Part shown: one piece after another, positions 14,946 to 28,277 of the stretch
How the letters are laid out: every line of letters begins with the position of its first letter
Position numbering within the stretch: position 1 is the stretch's first letter
Assembly (NCBI RefSeq): GCF_018350175.1
Contig: NC_058368.1
Span: 162,256,001-162,320,000, forward strand
DNA length: 64,000 nucleotides
Reading direction: 5' to 3'
DNA from: Felis catus
Taxonomy: Eukaryota
The notes under the pieces: generated by a model
What the model saw: the letters and a program-made list of their open reading frames with translations, nothing else
Databases searched by the model: none
What the model was told of the DNA's origin: nothing
Translations under genes and position numbers: made by a program

Positions 14946-16242
14946 ACAAATATTTTGATGACAATATCTGACTTTTCAAGGGGTGAGCTAATTTAAAAAG
15001 AAGGAGATAAAAAGAAAAGCCAAATTACAAAATGGAAAGAAATTATTTTCTGATGTTATCATTTGAGATCCTGAATCTAGACTGACAAAAGTTAGCCACA
15101 TCCATCACTATGAACTCTAGAGTTACATTAGTCCCAAATTCCAATTTAAAAATAGCATCTAAATTGGTATTTTATCCTGTACAGTTGGAATAGCCCCAAA
15201 TAACAGGATCTTAAATACAATTATATGCACAGAGATTATATTATTTATATAATCTATATAAATCAGTTCCATTCCTATACTTTGCTTAGTTTTTTAATGA
15301 AAATATACTACTATTACCTGGCTCATAAATCATGTATTTCATCAGAGAGACATGATTTTCTGTCCACATTCAACATCTGTACATGTTGACTTTATTTATA
15401 AATCTTATGTGTCTGATCTTGCAATAAGTTTCCTTATCTAAATCATTTTACTCCCTTAGTCAATAAACATTCTCATATAATCCCAGTTTTCCAGATAACT
15501 AATAGAGTTTAGCACCTTTCTCTTAATTTCTAATTTACCTAATAAATTAACTCACATGCAAATTGTTCTTCTTATAAACAGTTGGTCTCATTCCTTGTTG
15601 GAGATCTTTCATGCATTCAAGCAGTTAGCTCTGTGTGTCAGTCTCAAGTCCCAGTTTTGGATCTATATTCTCCAAAATCTTAAGTTCATCATAGAAACAA
15701 ATGATTATGAACCATTCTTTTTGTTGATTTTGGATTGGCTAAATATGAACAAATTTCTAAGATAAAGGATGGCACCTGAATGAATGGAAGATAGGAAAAA
15801 TAGAAGAACTAGACAGATAAAGGTTATAGGCAGTTAGGAAGATAGATATGTGAAAGTAGCTACAGGAAGTACAGAGAAGATTCAAAGAGGGAAAAATAAA
15901 AGAATGTCTCAATGGCATCAAGGGCTGAAGCCTTGAATCCAAACATCTTTAAAATATCCTAATCATCTTAGTTACTCGGTTATCTCAACTATGAGCAGTA
16001 GAACACATTATACCAGCTACAACCCCTTTACTGAAGAGATGAGACAAGGATCCCTAGACAGGGGAAGCCATAGGCTCTTCAACAACTGAAAGCATGATCT
16101 GATATAAAACAAAATCAAAATTAATTTATCTAGTCCAAATTATTTTAGGGAAATCTGAAAAAAAGCACTAAAAATATAAGGTCCTAAGAAAGCTAAAATT
16201 GAAAGGTATCAGAGACACCATGACCTAAAACTATGCATACAA

Positions 16243-16445
16243 GGGGGTGCTTAGGTAGTTCAGTTGGTTAAGCATCTGACTCTTGGTTTAGACTCAGGTC
16301 ATGATCTCACAGTTTCATGAGTTAGAGCCCCATGTCAGGCTCTGGGCTGGCATCAGGGATCCGCTTGGGATTCTTTCTCTCTGCCCTTCCCCCACTTGCC
16401 CTGCCTCTATCTCTCTCAAGATAAATAAATACACTTTAAAAAAAT
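16243..16445 (+). mobile_element. Can-SINE
   Basis: SINEC body; flanking aaaactatgc repeats. Confidence 0.9.
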
Positions 16446-16607
16446 AACAGAAAACTATGCCAACATAAAATAATCATCTTAATGGTAGAACAGAGGCTTT
16501 GGCATAAACTCAGAGGGAAGTGTTTCCTTCACTCCATCTACTTGTTATTCTAAAGATCAGGATGCCCAGTTACAGAAGCAATAGCAGCAATGCAAGAGGC
16601 TCCATAC

Positions 16608-16751
16608 CAAATTCTTTGAAAGCAAGACACTGGAAGTGACAAGCATTAAAACAGACCCAAGATCTAAACCATGTAATAATTTAAACCAGAAACTATCAGT
16701 AGCATGAATGGGGTTCTTTATCTTGCAACCAGAGGTGTTAAACACATATAC
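16608..16751 (-). pseudogene. Pseudo-exon: VYVFNTSGCKIKNPIHATDSFWFKLLHGLDLGSVLMLVTSSVLLSKNL (acceptor appears mutated AG to GG)
   Basis: Polypyrimidine tract ending in cttgg; 48 open codons; donor TTG|gtatgg. Confidence 0.55.
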
Positions 16752-17274
16752 CCAAGTGAAAAAAGTAATAAGGCAGCAAAATTCATTACATAATCACTGT
16801 CCTTTTTTACAAGTTCATATAAGCATATAGCAAACCTGTTAAAACACTTGCCTCTCAATGAGCATAATTATAAGGGAAAGTTGGGTGTGAGTTACAACTG
16901 TATATTAATAATACTATGGCATAGGCATTATCAATAAGCATTATAAGGAGCAACACAAATATATTCTGTACTTGACATACAAATATTTTATGATAGTTTT
17001 TGATATGTCATCACTCAATGTTACTTATATGAGGTCCCATGTAAAAATTAGTGCAAAGGAAGCTATACTCTATCTAGAAGAGCTTGTGTGTTCTTCTATT
17101 CTGATAAGATAGAAGTTCTTTAAGGGAGACTCTACTAAGAGGGATGGTGACAGCCTAAGGTAATATAAGTCAGACTAATAACATTACCCTCTTATGGTAT
17201 GTATGTTTTATTCCTTCTCTTTTTGTGTAGCCTTGGTTTGCTCAGTCTATATATATTTAAACACCTTTATTTTA

Positions 17275-17498
17275 TTTTTTTTTAAATTTTTTTCAACGTT
17301 TTTTATTTATTTTGGGACAGAGAGAGACAGAGCATGAACGGGGGAGGGGCAGAGAGAGAGGGAGACACAGAATCGGAAACAGGCTCCAGGCTCTGAGCCA
17401 TCAGCCCAGAGCCCGACGCGGGGCTCGAACTCACGGACCGCGAGATCGTGACCTGGCTGAAGTCAGACGCTTAACCGACTGCGCCACCCAGGCGCCCC
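17275..17498 (-). mobile_element. Young felid Can-SINE
   Basis: CpG-rich body; perfect 17-bp TSD taaacacctttatttta. Confidence 0.97.
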
Positions 17499-17853
17499 TA
17501 AACACCTTTATTTTAAATATATCTTTTATTATAAATAAATCTAAATACATTTTGGATAGAAATTAAATATAAACAAATATATAATATTTGATGATACTAA
17601 ATTGCTATTTTCAGATATACATGGAATAGCACATTTTTCCCTAGATAACACAGAAATGTTTTTCAAATAATCACTGCTACATTCTATAGGTTTTCTTCTT
17701 TGCCTCTTGCTATATATTAAGAATAGCATTTCTATACTTATTTTGCCTTATTTTCTGAACTACATAAAAGGGGATATATATGAAATCTTTTATCTAACAA
17801 CATAGTAATAAGTAAAATAAAGTGAATAATAGCCATTGTTGAAACATGCTTAC

Positions 17854-18064
17854 TTTCTATTTTTTTTCCATGTTTTAAAGTTTTATTTTGTCATTGCAAA
17901 CATTTTTGTAGTAAGAATCCCCCCTTGGGTTTTGGTGTTTTCCAATTTCATTAAGTTTGGGATGGAAAAAAGCTCATTCTTCCCCCAAATACGTAATGCG
18001 GTTTTCACCATGTATTAGGTACTTGGCTAGAGTGAAACGGTATTCCATATAATTTGGTGAATAG
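17854..18064 (-). pseudogene. Pseudo-exon: YSPNYMEYRFTLAKYLIHGENRITYLGEE*AFFHPK...
   Basis: Acceptor ctcatag; donor AAA|gtaagc; 211 nt, phase 2 to 0; YMEYRF resembles the recalled DNAAF9 motif YMEHRF. Confidence 0.75.
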
Positions 18065-18440
18065 CTATGAGATCAACTATTTTTTACAGCTTAACTAGCG
18101 TAGGAAAAAGAAGTATACTGAGAGGTAGGAAGACAAAATCTTAATATAATTCTACAACTAAAAAATGACAGCTTATCCTTGTTTCCTCCAAACTTTGCAT
18201 CAACCTACTGAAAACAAAATGAGAAAAGTTCTCTGAACAATTTGAAATTTTAGATAAATTAATAGTATCTTAGTAGGAAAAAAAAGTAGAGACAGATGTC
18301 AAGGTTTTTTTTCCATCTGCCATCAAATGATTCTGCAATCTAATTTTGGGTTCTAAGTAAAATGAACATCTTTGCTGCAATAATAGTGTAATTTTAAGAT
18401 ATTAAGTTTAGATTCTGAACTATTCATACTAATAGTTTAC

Positions 18441-18543
18441 ACAGTTGACACTTTAGTATATAATGATTCTATCTTGTTTAAAGTTATTATTTTGTGACCC
18501 CCAAGTTATTCAGGTCATCTAAAAATAAATATATCACATGTTC
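18441..18543 (-). pseudogene. Pseudo-exon: GTCDIFIFR*PE*LGGHKIITLNKIESLYTKVSTV
   Basis: Strong acceptor tttttctttcacaccgtttttag; donor TGT|gtaaac; 103 nt, phase 1 to 2. Confidence 0.6.
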
Positions 18544-19067
18544 CTAAAAAACGGTGTGAAAGAAAAAAATAGTGGCTTCATTTTGCTTTATTTTTCAAGT
18601 GAACATTTTCATATATTAAACCCTACCATAAAAATAAAGCTCCTCATTTTTAACGCCCTTTACATGAAAGACAATTACAAATATATCAGCTTAAAATGGA
18701 AACATTTTATATGGTGTGACATTAGTTTTTGGTCTCTGTAACATCCCCAATAGATAAATGTTGACATATCATAGTCTCTGCTACCATCAATAATAAGTCA
18801 CCAGCTGTCATGAACCTCCTAAACCCTATGTTGAACCAATGAACTGGATGAACGTGTAAAGCAAGAGCCAAGGTAGAAGCTGTAGCCATTTATCTGCTTT
18901 CTCAATGCTCTGTTTTTCATTAAGTTTGATGCACATATTGAGATCAACTCCAATATATTGTGTTTAGTAATTAAAGGAGATTAGAGATTGTGAAGGCTAC
19001 TGAACAACTCATATACACACAATCACACACACTATCACGCAATCATGGAGTATCAAAATATTAATTT

Positions 19068-19267
19068 GGGGGGTACCTGAGTGGCTCAGTCAGTTGATCA
19101 TCAGACTTTGGCTCAGGTTATGATCTCATTGTTTGTGCTTCAAGTCTCACATTGGGCTCACTGCTGTCAGCACAGAGCCCGCTTCACATGCTCTGTCCCC
19201 TTCTCTTGCCTCTCCTCGGTTCTCTCTCTCTCTCTCAAAAATAAATAAAAATTAAAAAGTAAAAAAT
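19068..19267 (+). mobile_element. Can-SINE
   Basis: SINEC body; TSD atattaattt. Confidence 0.9.
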
Positions 19268-19314
19268 ATACATATTAATTTTGGCTATATTGAATCGTAA
19301 AATGGAAATGATAC

Positions 19315-19650
19315 TATAAGGACTATAAACAAGCCATTCATTTTGCCAGAGACATGGGTTTAAGAGAGCTGTCACTGAGAAGCATTAAGAAAAATTTCGT
19401 ATAGCAATTTCTTGAGAATTCAGTAACAGTGATTTTTAAATCTCTGTTGGGAAGCACATACCATACTTTCAAATTAAGCCTGACAATTGTGCTTGGAAAC
19501 ATTGTCACACAGCACTGGTTTTGTAGATTAGAGTTTCCAAGTAGAAGACAGAAGCATATTGTTCTTATGTATGCCTGTTCTGAATTCAAGCAAAGCTGAG
19601 CCATTCACTATAATTTCTTTAAGTAATAAAGGCTTTACAATTAACCCTAC
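19315..19650 (-). pseudogene. Pseudo-exon: ...ICFCLLLGNSNLQNQCC...LKVWYVLPNRDLKITVTEFSRNCYTKFFLMLL
   Basis: Acceptor tttcttttataag; 88-codon open frame (ORF track 19338..19604 -); its position matches the CobW-like P-loop region of DNAAF9 as recalled. Confidence 0.55.
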
Positions 19651-21265
19651 CTTATAAAAGAAATCTCTAGGATCTACAACTCTGGTTTGTCTAGATCAAT
19701 GGTTTTCACAATATTCAAACATGACTTGGCAAAAGTATAAATACATCTTGGGAAGCTTGGATAGGATATTTTCAACTGTCATGGAGATTTTTGTCTAAGG
19801 CAGCAATTCTTACCAGCATGGGCAATGAGTTTTTAGTCCACACACTTCTTCAAGGTTTACTCAACAGTTATCAAAAATAGCCCAGCTACCACTCTGCAGG
19901 CTAAATAAAAGAAGGCCAGAGATTCATTGAGGAGGAAAAAACATTATTCTTTGTAGCAATTAGTGGGAGTAGAGAGTGCTGGGCCATATTCTCTTACACA
20001 CCTCAAGGCAAGTGAGCATCAAGGGAATTTGATGAGACTATGACCCAGGTGGTGGCATTGGGTTGGTTTCCAGAGAACAGACCAGGATTTTATTTCTGGC
20101 TGGACATTTGCTAGTTTGTAAAAAATATCTAACCCTGTCATGGCACATCACTAAGCACAATGAAAGAATATTTGGTAAATGTGGTATTGTCCTCTATTTG
20201 GGTTGGACATACAGATTTGGATTTGACTCCCCTTTGAATTCTCAAGTTGAGCAGTTGGTTGTGACTGCTTATGGAACAGGACAAGGAAAGAGGAGAATAA
20301 TGAATGTGACTTGTGCTTCCAGGATTTATTAGGGCAACAATACCTGAATTTCATTTGCCTTTGCTCTTTGATATGTATATTTATCTCCTAGAGAGTTGAC
20401 CCAGAATATCTGCTTTCCAGGCCCAGGTATTCTAGTAGAAAGACTGAAGGGGTAGTGTTGGAGGACATGAGTTTGGGAGAATGTAAAGAGGTTTTTGAAT
20501 AGAGTATTATGGATAGCAAGTAATAGTTCAGTGCAGCAGTCCCCAAAGGAAGGGTCTCAAAATTACACAAAAGAGTCTCATGCAAGAGACAGCCGGAATT
20601 TGGTCATGCACCATATAGTGCTAGATTATATTAGCACCAAGCAAAGAGGAATTTGACTTTCCTGTCTTATTCACCCTTACTCTGTCCCTGCCCTGGATCC
20701 CATAAAAGCCAGAAATAGCAAAAGGAGTGGAAAAGTAAGATAATAAGGAGATGAAAAAACAGACCATGTCCCCTTTCCTATTGTTGGTCTGAGAAGCCTA
20801 TGGATGACTTGAGTAACAAAGGGTATTAAATGTGAATTGGATGAGAGGTTAAAGTTTTGATTCAAACTTGTTAGGACTTTTAAATAACTGAAATAAAACT
20901 TCTCTAAGCCCTGAAAATGAATAGAAAATTTAGGGAATATGTTTCACATGTTCACAAAGAATAGGGAAGAGAAATTTAGGAAAGTGAGTTTGAAGACTAT
21001 GGAGGAAATAAAATAAAGCTATTTTCATATTGTGTCCTACTTAAAATATTTTGTTTCATGATTAGTAAGATTGCAAAATGTGTTCAAACCATTGGCTGAG
21101 ATCAGGTGTTCCCAGACCCATCCACTGACCAGAGTCAGTCACTGTTAACCTTTTGCTTTTCCATCAGGAGACAATAGAAATAAGAAAAGCGTAGCAAGTT
21201 TATGCAACTTAATATATGCAACTTAAGTCACAGCGCTTTATTGTAAGATCAGGTACCTGACATTA

Positions 21266-21449
21266 TTTAAATTTTTTTTAAGTTTATTTATTTTGACAGA
21301 GCATAAGTGGGGCAGAAAGAGAGGGGAGAGAGAGCATGCCAAGCAGAACACAGATCTTCTATGGGGCTCAAACTCATGAACCATGAGATCATGACCTGAG
21401 CCAAAATCAAGAGTTAGACGATTAACTGACTGAGCCACCCAGGTGTCCC
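21266..21449 (-). mobile_element. Can-SINE
   Basis: SINEC body; flanking agatca(g/t)gtac. Confidence 0.9.
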
Positions 21450-21775
21450 AGATCATGTACTTTACATTATGCTGAAAAAATATGGGAAGGAAGAGTCCAA
21501 GTGTTTTTCTTTTATTATTTATTCTTTCTTGGAAAAAAATGAAGGGATGTCAACCTTATGTCCACACCCAAAGTGTTTTTCAATCAAATATTTACTCCAT
21601 TGCTCTAGAACAAGTTATTTAATCTGAAAAACCTAGGTAATATTTTTTTTTTCTATTCTGACTTCATGGACCTAAAAATAACTTTTTAAAAAATTTGGTT
21701 TCATGAAATTAAAAAAAGTAGAGATGGATCAGCCTGTCTATTTTTAGGATTTCTACAGTAAGACAAATGAGTTAC

Positions 21776-21887
21776 TTAATGTCTCACAGATGAACATGAA
21801 ATTTTAATCTTGTCCTGCATTGAACTGTTCTTCACTGCATTAGCCTCCTTTTCATAACATTGTCTGGCATTTTCCTCTTCACTTCTG
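21776..21887 (-). pseudogene. Candidate exon: RSEEENARQCYEKEANAVKNSSMQDKIKISCSSVRH*
   Basis: Acceptor ccccttcacttgcttcag; donor-like TAA|gtaact; frame uncertain. Confidence 0.45.
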
Positions 21888-23141
21888 CTGAAGCAAGTGA
21901 AGGGGACAGAGCATTGCACCAAATCAAGAGTGGTCACTCCAGGAAAAATGTTTTGCATCAAGGAAAAACTTACTGAAAATGCCCACATCTTTGTCCTATT
22001 GCCCACTTCATTTTGCCATTATTTCCCAGATACACATTTTTATTCTTTGAATGTGCTTAGCTATTCAAGTCATGTAGCTAATCATTTTAGACTGATAAAA
22101 TAAAATCATACAGAGTTGAATGAGTCATTTTCAAGAATAAGCTCCAAATAGCTTACTCTCCTCAGTTTGTTTCCACCAGCAATTTATTTCACAACATAGC
22201 GATTTCTGCAAAAGTATCTTGTTGGGTTGGGCTATAGAAGGAGTGGGGAGGGTGGCCTCAAGCAATTTTGAATTGAGTTGAATTCTGCTAATACACTTTA
22301 ATCAAATACAGTCTTATGAATACATTATGTTCTATGTCTTGTTTCATGTATTTTTCTAAATTGGAATTCTCTTTTCCCACCATCCCCATCATCTTTAACA
22401 CCAACAAGTAGATGCCATGCATTTTCAGTGGTCAACTCAAAACATCCACCAAAAAGCTTTTCCTGATCAGTCTAGTGACTTCCTTCCTCCCTTTCTTCCC
22501 TTTATCCCACTGTATAGACTGTCATATAAAGACCTGTATCTCATCATTTACTGTTGTGAATTTTGGGGTTATCTCCACCACAAGAAGATCCAAGATTTAT
22601 ATTTTACTTAATCTCATGGGGCACTTTAGGGATTAGCACATGGACTTTTAAGTCAGTAAGCATCAACTTGGAGTCCACCCCACCGCATATTGTTAAAGAG
22701 TATTTAACAGAGGGGTTGGCAACCAGGAAGCATGTAATAAATACTGCTCCTTGCTGCTGCTACTGCTAGTTTCCATGGAGTTAAGATTAACAGCATTGAC
22801 CATTTGCTAAGAACTTAATAGGTAATTGTTATTTCTATGAAAACTCCTGGAGCTCTTTAATTCATTCATTCTTTGTTTCCCCTTCAAAGCTACCAGTGTT
22901 TTCACATCCCCATATTTTTGACAATAGGACCTCATTTTCATTAATCTAGCTGTGGTAGTATGGGGCTGTATGGACTTTCTTTACTCCACCCCTTCAAAAA
23001 AATTATAAAATTGCATTATATATTTTATGTAGATATATCTTTTAGACCTTTATGTCTGGTTTTTAATAATATGAACTCCTTAAAAATAAGTATTAAAAGA
23101 CCATGTTGACTATGCTTGCTTCACTAAGGACTTTCAAAAGA

Positions 23142-23360
23142 TTTTTTTAAATTTTTTTAATGTTTATTTATTTTTGAGAGAAAGAGACAGAACATGAGGG
23201 GTAAAGAGACAGAGAGAGAGGGAGACACAGAATCAGAAGCAGGGTCCAGGCTCTGAGTTGTCAGCACAAAGCCCAACACCAGGCTCGAACCCATAAACTG
23301 TGAGATCATGACCTGAACTGAATTTGGATGCTTAACTGACTGAGCCACCCAGGCGCCCCC
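23142..23360 (-). mobile_element. Can-SINE
   Basis: SINEC body. Confidence 0.92.
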
Positions 23361-23997
23361 AAAATATTTTAAATAAGAAGAGTAATGTAAAATCTCAAAA
23401 AGAAAATGATAGTATATTTCTTAAATTCTAATATTTTCATAACCTACTCAGTCTTAGGATTGGACACCTGACTCCACACTGTTCTTTTCCAAACAGAACT
23501 AATTTTTCTTCTCACCAGTACAATGACCTCTTAAGCAATTGTAATTAGTAGTTTCTTTTAAAAAGTAAAATTTTTCAATTAAAAAAAGTGTTAAATTTTG
23601 TAAATTCTGAACATTAAGAAATAACTACAGTCATTCATGTCAGGCTGGGCATTAGACATCTGGTCTCAAATGCAAAGGAGTCTTTTTAAGGATCTGTGGT
23701 CCTAGAGATGGAGAACATGAAACAAAACAAGAAAATCATGTCTCATTTTCTCAGCAAGATAACCTCTACCTGGTGATCAGAGTTGCCCTTTTATCTAGGT
23801 TCCCTGAATGTCTTTTTTCTTTTCTAATTTATTTGAACATCCTTTCAAATAGATTTTCTTATCCTAGCAGACATAATGCAACTATCTATTCTGAAGTTCA
23901 AACTAAGATTCTGAAGTAAGAATAAAGGAAAACAACAAGAGATAGAGATATCTCTTTCTCTTTTAATGTATGTTGTTTAAGATAACAGAAGGCTTAC

Positions 23998-24895
23998 AGT
24001 ATGGGAGATGTTTTTTCCTCCTATTTCCATGCATCATTTGCCACATGAGCTCCACTGATGGTTTCCAGGGTGAGTGCAGAAACACACTGGCCCTACGCCC
24101 CAGGAAACTGCCGAGCACCTGCTGATAGGTGCAGATGCTCCTTAGGTTAGTAAACATAAGGCCAAAGTACAGGGTGACTGGTCCTGTCTTCTTTTGGAGG
24201 AAGTACATTTATTATTTGTTTTATTTTCAGAAATAGAGCAGACCCACTGAATAGATAAAGAGCAATCTTGTCTGTGGTATGATGGTACATGAAGTACTAA
24301 TTTTTTCTAAGATAAAGTCACCAGTTGATTTCACTGGAATATCTGTAAAACTTTTTCTCAGTGATTACTTTGTGTTTCTGCATGATTTCAAATATTTACA
24401 GATGGATTTTCAGTTCAACATTCAGATATTTCTGCTGTCATCCCTTGGATTTTTACTCCTTAAACAAGAACATACACAATGGGTAATATCTGCAGCTTAT
24501 TACCTTTCCTAATAAATCTATTCACATGTTGTTAGCTTCACATTTGCATCCCTTAATCTGTGGACATAGGAAAGCATTACTTTAAAACCTCATAGTGTTT
24601 TAATGACTCACAACAAAACAGGAAGAAAAGTACTGCACTGATATCTACAAGAGACCCACAGAGAGAGAGAATAAGAATGAGTAGAAAATGCATTAAAGAA
24701 GCCTCTCTCCTTACTTTCCTCTTACAGATATGTTCTCAAATAGTGAAGTGAATAACTGAAAAATACGCATGGTGACACCCCTTTTACTGAATATGCAGTC
24801 CCCAGTCCTCCTGAAAAAACAGCAAATGCCAATGCAAAAGCTTCATCTAAGAAATCGGAAAGACATTTTTATTTACCTTGTTCTCCTGGTTGGTG
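23998..24895 (-). pseudogene. Cluster of small candidate exons: 24877-24895, 24726-24810, 24369-24458, 23998-24121 (frames partly ambiguous)
   Basis: Each is bounded by an AG acceptor and a GT donor (gtaaat, gtaaga, gtaatc, gtaagc); the last three chain in phase 2/2. Confidence 0.5.
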
Positions 24896-25210
24896 CTAAA
24901 AACACCAAAATAAATAGTAAAGGCATTAATTAAACCATAGACACTAAAATTTCCGTGAGACATATGTATAATTTAATACTTAGGCTATTATTCTAAAACT
25001 ACATCAGATAGAGAATTCAATTTACCCAAAAACAAAACAGCCTTCATGTACATCTGACCTCATAGACATGTAAATACTTCTACTCAATAAGCCACACCTA
25101 CGGAACATATCATTGTTGATTTTAATAGACAAATTCAAATATGTTTTCCAAGTCCTCTACTTCATACAGATACCAATGCCAGGTTCAAAATACAGACAAA
25201 TAGTACTTAC

Positions 25211-25442
25211 ATTTGAAGAGCACAGCTGTTATTATAGATGCATATTTTTGCCAGAAAACATGAAATTAAATTCGAACAGAAGCCCAAAATCATAAACATT
25301 ACTTGAATAATACAAAGTGTATATAATCAAATTTTAGTATATTGGAATTTTATTGTTATTTCTCCTCCTTTTTTATGTTTTGAAATCAGAGATCTTGCAT
25401 GAATATTCATTAAGTACTTTTCTGGAATCTTATCTGCCCTCT
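25211..25442 (-). pseudogene. Pseudo-exon: KRADKIPEKYLMNIHARSLISKHKK... (1 stop in 76 codons)
   Basis: Acceptor gattcag; donor AAT|gtaagt; phase 1 start matches the preceding exon. Confidence 0.65.
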
Positions 25443-25483
25443 CTGAATCAGTATCAATGTTAAAAAACAACAACAACAACTTT

Positions 25484-25648
25484 GGGGAGCCTGGGTGGCT
25501 CAGGTGGTTAAGCCTGCGACTCTTGATTTTGGCTAAGGTCACGATCTCACAGTTTGTGGGACTGAGCCCCCAGCCAAGGATCTGCATTGATAGCACCAGG
25601 CCTGCTTGGGATTTTCTCTCTCCCTCTCTGCCCTTCCCTGCTCATTTG

Positions 25649-25682
<34 letters not shown>

Positions 25683-25710
25683 CACACAAAATAAATAAAC
25701 TTTTAAAGAA
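25484..25710 (+). mobile_element. Can-SINE
   Basis: SINEC body with (CT)n tract. Confidence 0.9.
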
Positions 25711-25761
25711 ACAAGTTTTAACTTAAGTAACTTATTAGTTTCGAAGTATGACTTACTCTGT

Positions 25762-26192
25762 TTTTTTTAATGTTTATTTTTTTTAATTTTTTTAATGTTT
25801 TTATTTATTTTTGAGACAGAGAGAGACAGAGCATGAACAGGGGAGGGTCAGAGAGAGAGGGAGACACAGAATCCGAAGCAGGCTCTAGGCTCTGAGCTGT
25901 CAGCACAGAGCCCGACGCGGGGCTCGAACTCACGGACCGCGAGATGATGACCTGAGCCGAAGTCGGCCGCTTAACTGAGCCACCCAGGCGCCCCTAATGT
26001 TTATTTTTGAGAGGGACATATACAGCGTAAGTGAGAGATAGGCAGAGAAAGAGAGGGAGGCACAGAATCTGAAGCAGGCTCCAGGCTGTGAGCTATCAGC
26101 ACAGAGCCTGACAGGGCTTGAACTCACAAACTGTGAGTTCATGACCTGAGCCGAAGTCAGACACTTATACGACTGAGCCATCCAGGTGCCCC
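25762..26192 (-). mobile_element. Two Can-SINEs; the younger (about 25782-25994) is inserted in the tail of the older
   Basis: Two tandem bodies; TSD taatgtttattttt. Confidence 0.9.
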
Positions 26193-27067
26193 AAAGTAAA
26201 TGTGACTTATTCTTAAAATGTGATTGTTGTGAAAAAGCCAGGGCTGATTTAAGAGTATACCAAGTTCCAACCTACAGATTTAAATGCTGTTCCAGCAATA
26301 TTCATGTTTACCAAATGTTTATAAAGCACCTACCTTGTGTCAGGTTGTATGACTATGGACCAATGAAACAAATGTAAATACTCCATTTTTTATCCTTTAG
26401 AAAATTCAGACTAGTGGATCCTCAAGAAAATTCAACATGTAGAGATAATTGTAATATATCATAGTAACATAACATACAGAGGTATATGTTTGCAAAGGTG
26501 GCTCAAAGAAAGTACAGTTTACCTGTGGAGGAGATCGTTCAACTGATCTTCAATAAGCAACAACAAGTAGATCACCAAACAGATGAAGCGTTCTAGGCAC
26601 AGAGATCAATAAACGTAGATGTGGAACATCTCAGATTGTTAGGGGACTGCCACAGATTTGATATGTCAGATATGTAGTAAGTGAGGTTAGTAAATGTAGG
26701 CAATGTGGTTTAGAAAAGCAGAAGCAGAAAAGAAATAAGGAAAAAAAAGATATTGTGTGTCAAGGAGTGACATAATTAGATAATAAAATAGACATTTTAA
26801 AAAGATATTTCTGACTGTTTCCAGTAGAATTATGAAGGTAAGGAGACCTGTTAGGAAGTCATTGTGACAATTTTTCTGAAATATTTTGAAGGCTTTAAGT
26901 ACAAAAGTTCTTATATCAAAGGAGGCAACAGATTCAAAAGACACCAATGTGGCCTTATTTATAAACCCAGGTCTTTGATTATATAGAATGAAATTTTAGG
27001 GCATACTGCTAAAAATTTTAGATGTGTAACCCAAAGGAAAACAGGAGTAAAAGTATAAAACAAACAT

Positions 27068-27920
<853 letters not shown>

Positions 27921-28277
27921 GGGAAAATTCTGAAAAAAAAATAATTAGAAAAATTTCCTGATAATTCAAATTAAGGTAAACATGGCAATTAAAACACAAT
28001 GATCCATTATCCTATTAATTTCGTGAAGACTATAGTGCAAGCTAAAATTAGAAGAGTAATGTGTGCCCTAGTCTTGACTCTATGACAATTATTTGGTAAA
28101 AGTCAGTCACTTACTCTCTTGCTGCTTCTGTTATTCTGTACATATTAGAAACAGATTACTATAAAATGAGCAAAAGAAATTAATGAAGCAATTATATTAA
28201 AACATTATTACAATCATTCTGTGTATAATTTTATTTCTAAAATTATACACATACATTAAAGACGTATTCCTACATAC

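Noticed and set aside
17312..17566. Repeated MGQRETEHERG... ORFs (also 28333, 52884) as a gene family
   Set aside because: Translations of antisense Can-SINE sequence
21776..21887. Terminal exon of the fossil gene (YEKEAN resembles the recalled DNAAF9 C-terminal YVEEAN)
   Set aside because: Better-matching internal exons lie further downstream (19.6, 18.0, 16.7 and 3.9 kb), so the resemblance is probably coincidental
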